A stretch of DNA of 64,000 nucleotides from a bacterium (lineage in GTDB: Bacteria > Bacillota_I > Bacilli_A > RFN20 > CAG-826). Of this stretch, positions 1 to 9,962 are shown one piece after another. The position numbers were made by a program, and so were the translations under genes. Numbering within the stretch: position 1 is the first letter of the stretch; every line of letters starts with the position of its first letter. Location: positions 665-64,664 of the forward strand of contig CAVEPD010000004.1 of the NCBI GenBank assembly GCA_963617535.1. Direction: 5' to 3'. The notes beneath the pieces are model-generated. The model saw only the letters and a list, made by a program, of their open reading frames with translations. It ran no database searches and was not told the origin of the DNA.

Positions 1-488
1 ACCGCGTCCCATTCGTCGATGAGGAAGACAAAGCGGTCGCCTTTCTTCAAATAGAGTTCAACGATAGCGTCACTGAGCGAGAGGCCTTCTAAATTTACGT
101 TTGGGTAACTCTTTGCAAGTTCGCTGAGGAGGCGTCTCTGTATCTCGTCGACAAACAGATTCGGATCCTTTAGCCCTGTGAAGACGCTTCCTAGGTCGAC
201 CCAAAGGACGTTGTGCTTATTTAGGTGCTCCTCGAAAGAGGGGTCCTTGGATATTTTGAGGTTCTCAAAGAGTTTCCTCGAATCACAGCCCTTGGAGTAG
301 TAGGCGTTTAGCATTGAAAGAGCCATCGTCTTTCCGAACCTGCGAGGGCGGGTGACGCACATGAACTTAGTCTCGTCGATTCCAAAGCAAGCGTTGGTCT
401 CTTTGATGAGCAGGGATTTGTCCACGTAAAGAGAGAACCTTTTGCTTGAGACGAAGCTATTACCGTCAGGATTGAGGTATCTTCCCAT
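1..488 (-). CDS. Predicted AAA-ATPase-like protein (PF09820-type N-terminus). Only the 5' part is present; the C-terminus lies beyond the window start.
   Basis: My own translation of the minus strand from the ATG at 488-486 gives MGRYLNPDGNSFVSSKRFSLYVDKSLLIKETNACFGIDETKFMCVTRPRRFGKTMALSMLNAYYSKG... The RPRRFGKT context is typical of this ATPase family. The frame stays open to base 1. It is absent from the ORF track, and the listed 308..535 ORF is a different frame. Confidence 0.65.
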   Translation of the reverse strand, partial: MGRYLNPDGNSFVSSKRFSLYVDKSLLIKETNACFGIDETKFMCVTRPRRFGKTMALSMLNAYYSKGCDSRKLFENLKISKDPSFEEHLNKHNVLWVDLGSVFTGLKDPNLFVDEIQRRLLSELAKSYPNVNLEGLSLSDAIVELYLKKGDRFVFLIDEWDA

Positions 489-926
489 GAGCTTCTCCTC
501 CTTTGCTTTCTGACGGTCAAGAATCTCTTGCCCACCTAAGGAAATTATAGGAAGAAAAGCCCAAGAAAAAGACCTAAGAAACAAATTTCCTTGACATGTC
601 CTTAAATTGGGACATCCAAATAAAAATGGAAAAAAGTTGGGGCATAACCTCGATTTCTTCTTTATTTGTATATAGGGGTCTTTTCACTTAATGACGTTGT
701 CTTTGACGACACCTGTAGTGTGCGAAGAAACTCGCAAACCCTACCATTTTCCTTCTTCGCGCGTAGAATGTGAGCCATGCAAAATCCTTGGGGCTTTTGA
801 AACTCGGGCCTTGAAATGGTTCTAGTTAACCATTTGCATATCGCCTGGTGAGACTAAAATAGCCCTTGAACCCCCTCTTGGGGAGCGCTTCGTCCTAAGG
901 AAGGCCTAACGGCCTAACGTGCAACT

Positions 927-3008
927 ATGGCAGAGAAAACAAAGAAAAGCTTCAAGATCCAGCAGTGGCAGTGGATCGCCGCAATCCTCGTGGTGATCGA
1001 CGCCTTGGCGGCAGCGGGCGGATATTTCGTCGCCCTGTGGCTCCGATACGACTGTGCTTATAGCAAGATCCCCGCCGAGGAGTTTAAGGCCTGGCTCTAT
1101 TTCATGCCGATCTACGTGGTCCTCACGATCCTGGTCTGCCTTTTGCTAAAGCTTTACCGCTCCATCTGGAAGTTCGCTTCCCTAGGCGAGCTGAAACGCC
1201 TCATCCTCGCCGCGATCATCCTTGGCTCTTTGCACACTTTGGGCATCACACTTATCTTCCATAAGATGCCTCTTCTTTATTACCTCGTGGGGCTTTTGTT
1301 TCAGTTCGTCCTCATGACCTTCTCGAGGTTCTTCTACCGCTTCCTCTCCGCGGAGAAAGCGAAGCTAAAGAAGAGGGATGAAGCCCCGAAGAAGAGAGTC
1401 ATGATAATCGGGGCCGGCAGCGCCGGCCAGATGGTCATCCGCGATCTTATCAATAATAAAGAATCCGTGGACACCCCTGTCTGCGTCATTGACGACGACA
1501 AGAACACCTGGGGCAGGACCATCGAAGGGGTCAAGATCGTCGGGGGAAGGGAAGACATCCTCCTAAGCGTTGAGAAATACAAGGTCGACAAGATCTACGT
1601 CTCGATCCCAGGGGCTCCCGCCGAGGAGAGAAGGGATATTCTCAATATCTGCCAGGAGACGAGCTGCGAGCTCAAGAACCTGCCTGGCATCCACGACATA
1701 ATCGATGGCAAAGTCAAAGCCTCGAACATGAAGAACGTCACCATCGAAGACCTCTTGGGCAGAGACCCCATCAAGGTCGATAGCGAGGAGACCTTCCGCT
1801 TCCTGAAGGACAAGGTCGTCCTCGTCACCGGCGGCGGAGGCTCCATCGGCAGCGAGCTCTGCCGCCAGATCGCCGCTCACAGTCCTAAACAATTACTTAT
1901 CTTCGACATCTACGAGAACAACGCCCACGCGATCGCCTTGGAGATCAAGGACAGATACCCGAACCTCAACATGATCCCCCTCATCGGATCCGTCAGGGAC
2001 TCGGGCAGGATCAACGAGGTGTTCCGCAAATACAAGCCGGACGTCGTCTTCCACGCGGCCGCGCATAAGCACGTGCCTTTAATGGAAGTGAGCCCCTGCG
2101 AGGCCATCAAGAACAACGCGGTGGGCACCTACAAGACGGCTTATGCAGCCCTAGCCAACGGCTGCAAGAGGTTCGTGCTCATCTCCACCGACAAAGCAGT
2201 CAACCCCACGAACATCATGGGCGCCTCCAAGCGCCTTTGCGAGATGATCATCCAGAGCTTCGCCGCGAAGGTGAAGGATGGCTCCGCCAAGGACATGCAG
2301 CCCATCAGCCTGCACGATTCGATCGAGCCCGGCAGGGAGGAGCCCTTCTGGAAGATCGAGGGAACCCCGAAGACCGAGTTCGTCGCGGTCAGGTTCGGCA
2401 ACGTCTTGGGGAGCAACGGCTCCGTCGTCCCCCGGTTCAAGCAGCAGATCGAAGCGGGAGGCCCGGTCACCGTCACCGACCCCGAGATCATCCGCTACTT
2501 CATGACGATCCCCGAGGCCGCCTCGCTCGTCCTGGAAGCGGGGGCCTACGCTAAAGGAGGGGAGATCTTCGTCCTCGACATGGGCTCCCCAGTCAAGATC
2601 GACACCCTCGCCCGAAACATGATCAAGCTCTCCGGCTACCGCCCCGACATCGACATCAAGATCGAATACACCGGGCTCCGCCCTGGCGAGAAGCTGTACG
2701 AGGAGAAGCTCATGAACGAGGAGGGTCTTCAGAGCACGAAGAACAAGCTCATCCACATCGGCAAGCCCATCCCCTTCGACGTCGACACCTTCTTAGAGCA
2801 GCTCAAGATGCTTCTAGGCGCCGCTTACGAGGAGAAGGAAGACCAGATCAAAGACATCGTGTCTGAGGTCGTGACCACCTATCACCCCGCGGGAGAGCAT
2901 GGCTCCCATAAAAAGGGGGAGGCCTATGAGAAACAGCTCGAGCAGATGAAAGAGAAGGAAGAGAGCGAAAAGCTTGCTTCCGCGCCTGTTACGAATCCTG
3001 GGGTCTAG
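927..3008 (+). CDS. capD: Membrane-anchored polysaccharide biosynthesis protein, CapD/PglF/WbpM-like UDP-GlcNAc 4,6-dehydratase
   Basis: 693 aa. N-terminal multi-TM region, then two Rossmann motifs (IIGAGSAGQ; VTGGGGSIGSEL) and the short-chain dehydratase core (STDKAVNPTNIMGASKR, RFGNVLGSNGSVVP). It has an internal insertion and a charged C-terminal tail. GC-rich, with many antisense shadow ORFs. Confidence 0.9.
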   Translation: MAEKTKKSFKIQQWQWIAAILVVIDALAAAGGYFVALWLRYDCAYSKIPAEEFKAWLYFMPIYVVLTILVCLLLKLYRSIWKFASLGELKRLILAAIILGSLHTLGITLIFHKMPLLYYLVGLLFQFVLMTFSRFFYRFLSAEKAKLKKRDEAPKKRVMIIGAGSAGQMVIRDLINNKESVDTPVCVIDDDKNTWGRTIEGVKIVGGREDILLSVEKYKVDKIYVSIPGAPAEERRDILNICQETSCELKNLPGIHDIIDGKVKASNMKNVTIEDLLGRDPIKVDSEETFRFLKDKVVLVTGGGGSIGSELCRQIAAHSPKQLLIFDIYENNAHAIALEIKDRYPNLNMIPLIGSVRDSGRINEVFRKYKPDVVFHAAAHKHVPLMEVSPCEAIKNNAVGTYKTAYAALANGCKRFVLISTDKAVNPTNIMGASKRLCEMIIQSFAAKVKDGSAKDMQPISLHDSIEPGREEPFWKIEGTPKTEFVAVRFGNVLGSNGSVVPRFKQQIEAGGPVTVTDPEIIRYFMTIPEAASLVLEAGAYAKGGEIFVLDMGSPVKIDTLARNMIKLSGYRPDIDIKIEYTGLRPGEKLYEEKLMNEEGLQSTKNKLIHIGKPIPFDVDTFLEQLKMLLGAAYEEKEDQIKDIVSEVVTTYHPAGEHGSHKKGEAYEKQLEQMKEKEESEKLASAPVTNPGV

Positions 3009-3119
3009 CGAAGGCTAGGCCTCTTTTTTAGACCGAGAAGCAGGAAAGAAGTAGAAAGGACGTCCGTTTTTTCTTTTGTTTTGCCCTCACTACGGGTCTA
3101 CAATATTGCCAATCTTTTT

Positions 3120-3752
3120 ATGCCCAACACGTTTACTTTTGCAAAGCATCAAAGGGTCTATTTCTTCTTTAAAAGAAGCATGGACATTTTTGGATCTTTC
3201 CTGGGAATCGTCCTTTTAAGTTGGCTGCTTCTTATATTGGCAATCATCACCAAATGCACGTCCAAGGGTCCCGCTTTATATAAGCAAAAAAGGATAGGGA
3301 AGAACGAGAAGCTCTTCACGATGCTGAAGTTCCGATCGATGAGAGCGGACGTTCCTATGATTCCTCCTAGTGAGCTGTCCGACGATGAACAATTAGCGAT
3401 GACTACCAAATGGGGCCATTTTATGAGAAAGACATCCTTAGATGAACTTCCTCAGCTATTCAATGTCTTCGTGGGTCATATGTCTTTCATCGGCCCTAGG
3501 CCGCAGCAAGCGAAAGAGAACGAGCCCAAGTGCTATGTGGCTAGAATGTCGTTCACCCCCAATGCCTTTCAAGTTAGGCCGGGGATCTGTTCTTTGGCCA
3601 TCATCAAGATGCACCGCAGCCATAGCCCGGTGGAGAAAGCAAACTACGATTCCGAATACATCAGGAAAATCTCCTTCAGATTGGACACCTATATCTTTTT
3701 CTGCGCGCTGGGGATCTTCTTCGGGTTGAGGCCCGGGGACAAGGGACACTAA
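3120..3752 (+). CDS. Small bacterial sugar transferase (phosphoglycosyl transferase, PglC/WbaP C-domain type)
   Basis: Motifs KGPALYKQKRIGKNEKLFTMLKFRSM, SLDELPQLFNV, MSFIGPRP. The start was moved to the ATG at 3120 because the track start at 3081 is non-ATG. The C-terminal motif is divergent (PGICSLAIIK instead of the usual PGITG-AQV). Confidence 0.8.
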   Translation: MPNTFTFAKHQRVYFFFKRSMDIFGSFLGIVLLSWLLLILAIITKCTSKGPALYKQKRIGKNEKLFTMLKFRSMRADVPMIPPSELSDDEQLAMTTKWGHFMRKTSLDELPQLFNVFVGHMSFIGPRPQQAKENEPKCYVARMSFTPNAFQVRPGICSLAIIKMHRSHSPVEKANYDSEYIRKISFRLDTYIFFCALGIFFGLRPGDKGH

Positions 3753-3758
3753 ACGATT

Positions 3759-5006
3759 ATGAGTAGCAGCATCAGCAAAAGCATCATTGCCAAACGTTCC
3801 CAAAGGGCGGTGGCCAAAAACGACATCATCGCGATTGGGAATTTGGCCAAGCTAGACAAAGCAAAGGGGAACAAAGTCATCAATGGCTCCATCGGGGTGT
3901 TCCTAAACGAAGATGGAAGCCTAGGCCGGATCAAAACAGTCGATGAGTATTTGAATAACCACATCTGCGACAAGCTCGGCTACCCCGCTTCCATCGGAGA
4001 CAAAGACTACTTGGACGTGGTGGAACGTTGGGTGTTTGAAGATAAGTATTCTAGAATCCACGATTCCTATTCCGTCTTCACCGGAGCCAGCTTGGGCGGG
4101 ACCGGGGCGATTTCAATCGCTTTCAATATCTTCCTAGAGGAAGGGCAAACCGTTTTGCTCCCTAGCATCATGTGGAGCAACTACATGCTTCTTGCGGAGA
4201 AAGCGAAGGCGAAGTATGAGAAATACGATCTCTTCAACGAGAAGGAGGGATTCAACTTCGCCTCGCTTAAAGAACGCATCTCCTCTTGTTTAGAAAGAGA
4301 CGGCAGGACCATCGCGGTCATCAATGACCCCTGCCAAAACCCCACAGGATATTGCTTGAGTGAAGAGGAATACGACGAGCTCTTCGCCTTGCTTAACGAG
4401 GAAGGGAAGAAAGGCGATCTCGTCGTTCTTTTCGACATCGCTTATCTTTCTTATTACTCCGTGCCAGGGTCGAAATGCAAATTAATCGATAAACTAGCCG
4501 AGGCAAAGCCAAACTTCTTGCCGCTTATCTCCTTCAGCTGCTCCAAGGTGTTCGCCTTATACGGCATGAGGATGGGGGCGTTACTAGCCTTGACTTCCAG
4601 CAAGGAAGAGCAAGCGGAAGTCTCTTCCTCTTACGCTGCTCAGGCGCGAGGAACCTATTCTTGCCCAGTCGGGGCAAGCGGCCACGCGCTGAGCCTAGCT
4701 CTGAGCGAGCCTTCCTCAAAAGAAACGATCCTCCAAGAAATCGCATCCAACAAAGAGGAAATGCGAGAAAGAGGAAAAATCCTCCTAAAAGAGTTAGACA
4801 AAGCAGGCATAAAACACTATCCTTATCATTCGGGCTTCTTCCTCACCATCAAGGTGAACAAAACCGCGAACGAAATCTATGAGAAGCTAAAAGAGAAGCA
4901 TATCTACGTAGTCCCTTTGAACGAGAGCGAGATTCGAATCGCTTTAAGCGGCTTAAGCAAAGAGGAGTGCGCGAGCCTTGTTAGAGAGTTGAACGCAGCG
5001 CTTTAA
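3759..5006 (+). CDS. Class I (AspC/TyrB-like) PLP-dependent aminotransferase
   Basis: 415 aa. The SCSKVFALYGMRMG motif resembles the AspC/TyrB PLP-lysine motif SxSKNFGLYxERxG. The gene starts 7 nt after the upstream PGT gene. Confidence 0.7.
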   Translation: MSSSISKSIIAKRSQRAVAKNDIIAIGNLAKLDKAKGNKVINGSIGVFLNEDGSLGRIKTVDEYLNNHICDKLGYPASIGDKDYLDVVERWVFEDKYSRIHDSYSVFTGASLGGTGAISIAFNIFLEEGQTVLLPSIMWSNYMLLAEKAKAKYEKYDLFNEKEGFNFASLKERISSCLERDGRTIAVINDPCQNPTGYCLSEEEYDELFALLNEEGKKGDLVVLFDIAYLSYYSVPGSKCKLIDKLAEAKPNFLPLISFSCSKVFALYGMRMGALLALTSSKEEQAEVSSSYAAQARGTYSCPVGASGHALSLALSEPSSKETILQEIASNKEEMRERGKILLKELDKAGIKHYPYHSGFFLTIKVNKTANEIYEKLKEKHIYVVPLNESEIRIALSGLSKEECASLVRELNAAL

Positions 5007-5051
5007 CCCTCATCTATATAAATTAAAGGATTAAAAGGAGACGCAAATCAT

Positions 5052-6254
5052 ATGAAAGTCCTATTCTCCCCTCCGGACATAACCGAGCTTGAAATCAATG
5101 AGGTCGCCGAGGCCTTGCGTTCCGGTTGGATCACCACCGGTCCACGCACAAAATTGTTGGAAAAGAAGATTGCTGAATGGATCGGCGTTCCCAAATGCGT
5201 CTGCCTCAACTCGCAGACCGCCTGCGGCGAACTGGCTCTCCGCATTTTGGGCATCGGCCCTGGCGATGAGGTTTTGGTTCCCGCCTATACCTACACCGCT
5301 TCCGCCTCCATCGTTTGCCATGTCGGGGCCACTTTGAAACTCATCGACTCACAGAAAGACAGCCTCGAGATGGACTATGACGCTTTGGAAAAGGCGATTA
5401 CGGACAAAACCAAAGCCATCATTCCGGTCGACATCGGAGGCGTTCCTTGCGATTACGACCGCATCTTCTCAATCGTGAAGGCCAAAAAACATCTTTTCAA
5501 GCCTTCTAACGAAATTCAAAAAGCACTTGGCAGAATCGCTATTTGTGCGGACACCGCCCATGCTTTCGGAGCCAAGTGGCACGGTAAGATGGTCGGCAGC
5601 GTCGCTGATTTCTCCTCCTTCAGTTTCCACGCCGTGAAGAACTTCACTACCGCGGAAGGTGGCGCTCTCACTTGGCGTCACATCGAAGGGATTGATGACG
5701 AAGAGATCTATCATCAGCTCCAGTTGTTCTCTCTGCATGGCCAATCTAAAGACGCTTTGGCGAAGACAAAGCTCGGCGCCTGGGAATATGACATCGTCGG
5801 CCCTTGGTATAAGTGCAACATGACCGATGTCGCCGCCGCAATTGGGCTGAAGCAGTTTGAACGTTACCCCTCAATGCTAGCTAGAAGAAAAGAGCTGATC
5901 GAGTTTTATGAATCCGTTCTTAAGCCGCTTGGCGTAAAAACCCTCCCTCACTTCACAAACGAGCACGAATCTTCCGGTCACCTCTTCATCGCAGAGATCC
6001 CCGGCATTAGTTACGATGAAAGAGGCGAAATCATCATCAAAATGGCAGAGAAGGAAATCGCCTGCAACGTGCATTACAAGCCTTTGCCGATGCACACGGC
6101 CTACAAAAATCTCGGCTTCGACATCAAAGATTATCCGAATGCCTATGCGCACTTCGCCCATGAAATCACCTTGCCTTTGCATACTCGTCTCACCGACGAG
6201 CAAGCGAAATACGTGATCGACAACTTTGTTGCGATTCTTAAGGAGTACATCTGA
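5052..6254 (+). CDS. DegT/DnrJ/EryC1/StrS-family sugar aminotransferase (PglE/WecE-like, acting on nucleotide 4-keto-6-deoxy sugars)
   Basis: 400 aa. Has the SFHAVKNFTTAEGGAL PLP-lysine motif and the family-typical N-terminus (EINEVAEALRSGWITTGPRT). A GGAG RBS lies upstream. Confidence 0.9.
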   Translation: MKVLFSPPDITELEINEVAEALRSGWITTGPRTKLLEKKIAEWIGVPKCVCLNSQTACGELALRILGIGPGDEVLVPAYTYTASASIVCHVGATLKLIDSQKDSLEMDYDALEKAITDKTKAIIPVDIGGVPCDYDRIFSIVKAKKHLFKPSNEIQKALGRIAICADTAHAFGAKWHGKMVGSVADFSSFSFHAVKNFTTAEGGALTWRHIEGIDDEEIYHQLQLFSLHGQSKDALAKTKLGAWEYDIVGPWYKCNMTDVAAAIGLKQFERYPSMLARRKELIEFYESVLKPLGVKTLPHFTNEHESSGHLFIAEIPGISYDERGEIIIKMAEKEIACNVHYKPLPMHTAYKNLGFDIKDYPNAYAHFAHEITLPLHTRLTDEQAKYVIDNFVAILKEYI

Positions 6255-6979
6255 TGCTCATCCCAAAATGGGAAAAGCTTCCGCAGGAAATGCAGAAAGA
6301 GGAAATACGCAAGTATTATCTCATTTTGCGTCATAAGAACTTTTCCCTATTTTGGAAGAGGGTTTTTGATATCGTTGTCTCCTTGCTGATGCTTATCTTG
6401 CTTTCTCCGCTTTTCCTTATCCTAGCCATCACAATCAAAATCGATAGCAAGGGGCCAGTGTTCTATCGTCAGGAAAGAGTGACCCAATTCGGCAAGCATT
6501 TCCGCATCTTCAAATTCCGTTCGATGTACGTGGACGCGGACAAAGAAGCGTCATTGACAACGGGGCACGATCCACGGATAACGCGGGTCGGACGGATCAT
6601 TCGTGGTTGCCGCCTTGATGAAATCGGCCAATTAATCGATGTGCTCCGCGGAACAATGACCTTCGTTGGGGTCAGGCCAGAAGTGCCGAAATACGTGAAA
6701 GAATACACGAACGAAATGTACGCGACCCTCCTTCTGCCGGCGGGGGTCACCAATCTCACGAGCATCTTCTACAAAGACGAAGGGTCTTCGCTAAAAGAAT
6801 CAACGAACATCGACTACACCTACATCCATGAAATTTTGCCTGGCAAAATGGCTTACAATCTCCAGGGCATAAAAACCTATGGATTTTGGAAAGACATCAA
6901 GCTTATGTTTATGACCTTCTTTGCGGTGCTTGGCGTGAAATACAAAGACAAAACGGGGTTGGAGAAACAGAATGATTGA
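6254..6979 (+). CDS. Second bacterial sugar transferase (phosphoglycosyl transferase)
   Basis: 241 aa. One N-terminal TM helix; motifs KGPVFYRQERVTQFGKHFRIFKFRSM, RLDEIGQLIDVLRGTMTFVGVRPE. Its start overlaps the upstream stop (TGATG). Confidence 0.85.
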   Translation: MLIPKWEKLPQEMQKEEIRKYYLILRHKNFSLFWKRVFDIVVSLLMLILLSPLFLILAITIKIDSKGPVFYRQERVTQFGKHFRIFKFRSMYVDADKEASLTTGHDPRITRVGRIIRGCRLDEIGQLIDVLRGTMTFVGVRPEVPKYVKEYTNEMYATLLLPAGVTNLTSIFYKDEGSSLKESTNIDYTYIHEILPGKMAYNLQGIKTYGFWKDIKLMFMTFFAVLGVKYKDKTGLEKQND

Positions 6980-7745
6980 AGATTTGGTTTCGATAATCAT
7001 GCCCTCATTCAACACGGCGAGCTATATAAACAAGTCCATTGAGTCCGTGCTTGCGCAGACTTATAAGAACTGGGAACTTTTGATCGTGGATGATTGTTCT
7101 ACGGATAATACCGACGAGGTCGTGGAGTCTTATCTAAAAGACCCCAGAGTCAAGTATTTTAAAAACCATGAAAATAGCGGAGCTGCTTTAACCCGTAACA
7201 GGGCTTTGCGCGAAGCAAAGGGCGAATGGATTGCTTTTTTAGACAGCGATGATCTTTGGCTGCCCAACAAGTTAGAGAAACAATTGCGCTTCATGGTTGA
7301 GAATGGATACGTCTTTTCTTATCACGATTACGAAAAGATTGATGAAAGTGGGAACCGTCTAGACATCCACGTTTCCGGGCCTAAAATCGTGACGAAGCGA
7401 AAGATGTATCATTATGGATACCCAGGATGCCTAACCTTTGTTTACAGCGCAAAAGCCATCGAATTAATTCAAATAAAAGACATCAAAAAGAACAACGACT
7501 ATGCGATTCTCTTGCAGGTTTGCAAGAAGGCGAAATGTCACCTATTAAAAGAGAACTTGGCTTTGTATCGCGTTAGAAAGAAATCCATCTCGCACGATAA
7601 GCTAAGCAAGAAGCTAAAGAGCCATTACGATTTGTTTCGTTATTGCGACGAAAAACCAGCCCTCGTTGCCTTATGGTATGCTTGCTGGAACATGGTGTTT
7701 GGGCTGGGCAAAAAGATACGTTACGAGAAAAAAACTAAATTATGA
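6972..7745 (+). CDS. Family 2 glycosyltransferase
   Basis: VSIIMPSFNTASYINKSIESVLAQTYKNWELLIVDDCSTDNT plus a DSDD motif. Has an 8-nt ATGATTGA overlap with the upstream gene. Confidence 0.9.
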   Translation: MIEDLVSIIMPSFNTASYINKSIESVLAQTYKNWELLIVDDCSTDNTDEVVESYLKDPRVKYFKNHENSGAALTRNRALREAKGEWIAFLDSDDLWLPNKLEKQLRFMVENGYVFSYHDYEKIDESGNRLDIHVSGPKIVTKRKMYHYGYPGCLTFVYSAKAIELIQIKDIKKNNDYAILLQVCKKAKCHLLKENLALYRVRKKSISHDKLSKKLKSHYDLFRYCDEKPALVALWYACWNMVFGLGKKIRYEKKTKL

Positions 7746-8791
7746 AACTGGCCAGTGTAATTGGCCATTTTGGAGAAGGACTGGACCTAAGCAACGGCCA
7801 AACCATCAAAACCAAGATGGTCACCAATGAATTAAAAAAAGAGTTAGGCAAGAATGAGGTGGCTACATTTGACACGCACGGGGGAGCTAAAACCATCTTG
7901 AAAGCCCCCTTTCAGTGTTTTAAGGCTTTAAAAAATGCAAAAAACGTCATTATTTTCCCCGCTCATCACGGGCTAAGAATATACGTTCCTCTATTGAAGA
8001 TGCTACAGGGCTTCTATAAAGGAAGAAGACTCCATTACGTTGTCATAGGCGGATGGCTTCCCGAGTTCCTAGAAAACAAGAAGCCACTTAAAAAATTCTT
8101 GATGAAGTTTGATGGGATTTATGTGGAAACAAGTTCAATGAAGCTCGCTTTGGAAAAACAGGGGTTCACGAATATCTACGTAATGCCCAATTTCAAGGAA
8201 CTGAAGGTTCTTAAGGAAAACGAGCTTATTTATCCCCAAGGGATACCGTTAAGGCTTTGCACATTCTCCAGAGTCACCAAAACCAAAGGGATTGGGGATG
8301 CCGTAACCATTGTAAAACAAGTCAATAAAGCGCTTGGCTACCAAGCGCTTGCCTTAGACATATACGGGGCCATCAGTGAAGACGATAAAGAATGGTTCGA
8401 AACATTGTCTAAAGAATTTCCTGAGTATATTTCGTACAAGGGGGTTGTTAATGCAGGCGAAAGCGTTGATGTCCTCAAAAATTACTTCGCTCTACTCTTT
8501 CCTACCTATTACCCAGGTGAAGGGTTTGCAGGCACCTTGATTGATGCATTATCATCGGGCCTACCGATCATCGCGTCAGACTGGAGATATAACAAAGAAA
8601 TCGTGAGCGAGGCGGTCGGAATAATCTATCCAACCGAAAACAATGGTGTATTAGAGACAATCCTATTAGATTTAGCAAAACACCCCGCAAGCATGTTAAA
8701 GCTCAAGGTAAATTGCTTAGCAGAAGCTAAGCTATATCAGCCAAAGGAAGCAATTAAGCCATTAATCAATCAATTATTGGATAAAGACTGA
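7742..8791 (+). CDS. GT-B fold glycosyltransferase (family 4/1-like)
   Basis: C-terminal EGFAGTLIDALSSGLPIIASD motif. ATGA overlap with the upstream gene. Confidence 0.75.
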   Translation: MKLASVIGHFGEGLDLSNGQTIKTKMVTNELKKELGKNEVATFDTHGGAKTILKAPFQCFKALKNAKNVIIFPAHHGLRIYVPLLKMLQGFYKGRRLHYVVIGGWLPEFLENKKPLKKFLMKFDGIYVETSSMKLALEKQGFTNIYVMPNFKELKVLKENELIYPQGIPLRLCTFSRVTKTKGIGDAVTIVKQVNKALGYQALALDIYGAISEDDKEWFETLSKEFPEYISYKGVVNAGESVDVLKNYFALLFPTYYPGEGFAGTLIDALSSGLPIIASDWRYNKEIVSEAVGIIYPTENNGVLETILLDLAKHPASMLKLKVNCLAEAKLYQPKEAIKPLINQLLDKD

Positions 8792-8847
8792 CATTAAAAG
8801 CAGGCGATACGGGCCTCGCAAACGTGTCGCAACCACAACAACTAAAA

Positions 8848-9915
8848 ATGAAAAAGATACTTCTTTACATTGAAACCATGAAGCGCGGCGGAGCTGAGCG
8901 CGTTTTGAACAACATCGCCACTTATCTCTCCAATAAATGCAATGTTGTTTTGGTAAACGACATAACTTACGCGGCGGAAGAAGAATACAAGGTGGATGAT
9001 AAAGTAAAGAGATATTGCCTGGGCCTCACCGGTGGCGGAGTCAAAGGAAACGTGAAGCGAGTCCAGAAATTAAGAAAGATAATCACTGCCGAACGTCCCG
9101 ACGTCATTTTGTCTTTCAAAGGTGCCTGCAATCTTCGAATGCTTGTTGCAGCGAGGAAACTTAAAATTAGAAAGATTGTCTCCGTCAGGAATGATCCAAA
9201 TTATGAATATGGACGGGGCCTCGTTAAGTTGATTGCTAAAATCTTGTTTAAGGGCGCTTCGGGATGTGTCTTTCAGACCCAAGAAGCGATGGACTACTTC
9301 CAAAAGTCAGTAAAAATAAAATCCACGATTATTTGGAATCCCGTCGCTGACAAGTTCTTTGAACGTTCCTGGTCCCCGAAAAGAGAAGAAATTGCCGTTG
9401 TAGGAAGACTTGTTCCACAAAAGAATCCTCTGCTCGCCTTAGAAGTCTTTCGTCAGGTAAGCAATTCTTTTCCCGAGGTTAAGCTAGTCTATTATGGATC
9501 GGGCGAGCTTAAAGACACGATTCTCGCCAAAGCAAAAGAATATGATCTAGAGGGCAAGGTAAAGATCATCGACAACGTGCCAAATATTGAGGGGTACATC
9601 GATTCCGCGAGAATGTTCCTGATGACTTCCGATTTTGAAGGGATGCCCAATGCGCTTATGGAGGCGATGACCATTGGAATCCCCTGCGTATCCACGGATT
9701 GCCCTTGCGGCGGGCCACGGGCCATAAGCGACGGCTTCAGCGAAGAAATGCTCGTTCCATGTGGGGATGCAAAAGCGTTGGTGGAGAGAACGAAAGATCT
9801 TCTTGAAAACGGAGACAAGCAAATAGAACTATCCAAAAAAGAGAGGGAGCGGTCCTCTTTGTTCGAGGCGGACCGCGTGATGAGAAAATGGGAGAGTTTT
9901 CTATTCGGATTTTGA
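8848..9915 (+). CDS. Family 4 glycosyltransferase
   Basis: N-terminus MKKILLYIETMKRGGAERV; C-terminal EGMPNALMEAMTIGIPCVSTD motif. The start was moved to the ATG at 8848. Confidence 0.85.
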   Translation: MKKILLYIETMKRGGAERVLNNIATYLSNKCNVVLVNDITYAAEEEYKVDDKVKRYCLGLTGGGVKGNVKRVQKLRKIITAERPDVILSFKGACNLRMLVAARKLKIRKIVSVRNDPNYEYGRGLVKLIAKILFKGASGCVFQTQEAMDYFQKSVKIKSTIIWNPVADKFFERSWSPKREEIAVVGRLVPQKNPLLALEVFRQVSNSFPEVKLVYYGSGELKDTILAKAKEYDLEGKVKIIDNVPNIEGYIDSARMFLMTSDFEGMPNALMEAMTIGIPCVSTDCPCGGPRAISDGFSEEMLVPCGDAKALVERTKDLLENGDKQIELSKKERERSSLFEADRVMRKWESFLFGF

Positions 9916-9962
9916 AAGGTTTTGATCCCCAAGCCTATGGCTTGAATTTTGTTGATTAGAGG

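Noticed and set aside
308-535. 75-aa minus-strand ORF from the track
   Set aside because: It has arginine/serine-rich, non-protein-like composition. The adjacent frame, starting at the ATG at 488, gives a clean AAA-ATPase-like N-terminus, so this ORF is an out-of-frame shadow.
1334-2756. Multiple antisense or alternative-frame ORFs inside the capD-like gene (for example 2151..2756, 2237..2554)
   Set aside because: Their products are rich in Arg/Gly/Asp/Glu/Leu, which is typical of shadow frames in GC3-rich genes. The sense frame carries unmistakable CapD motifs.
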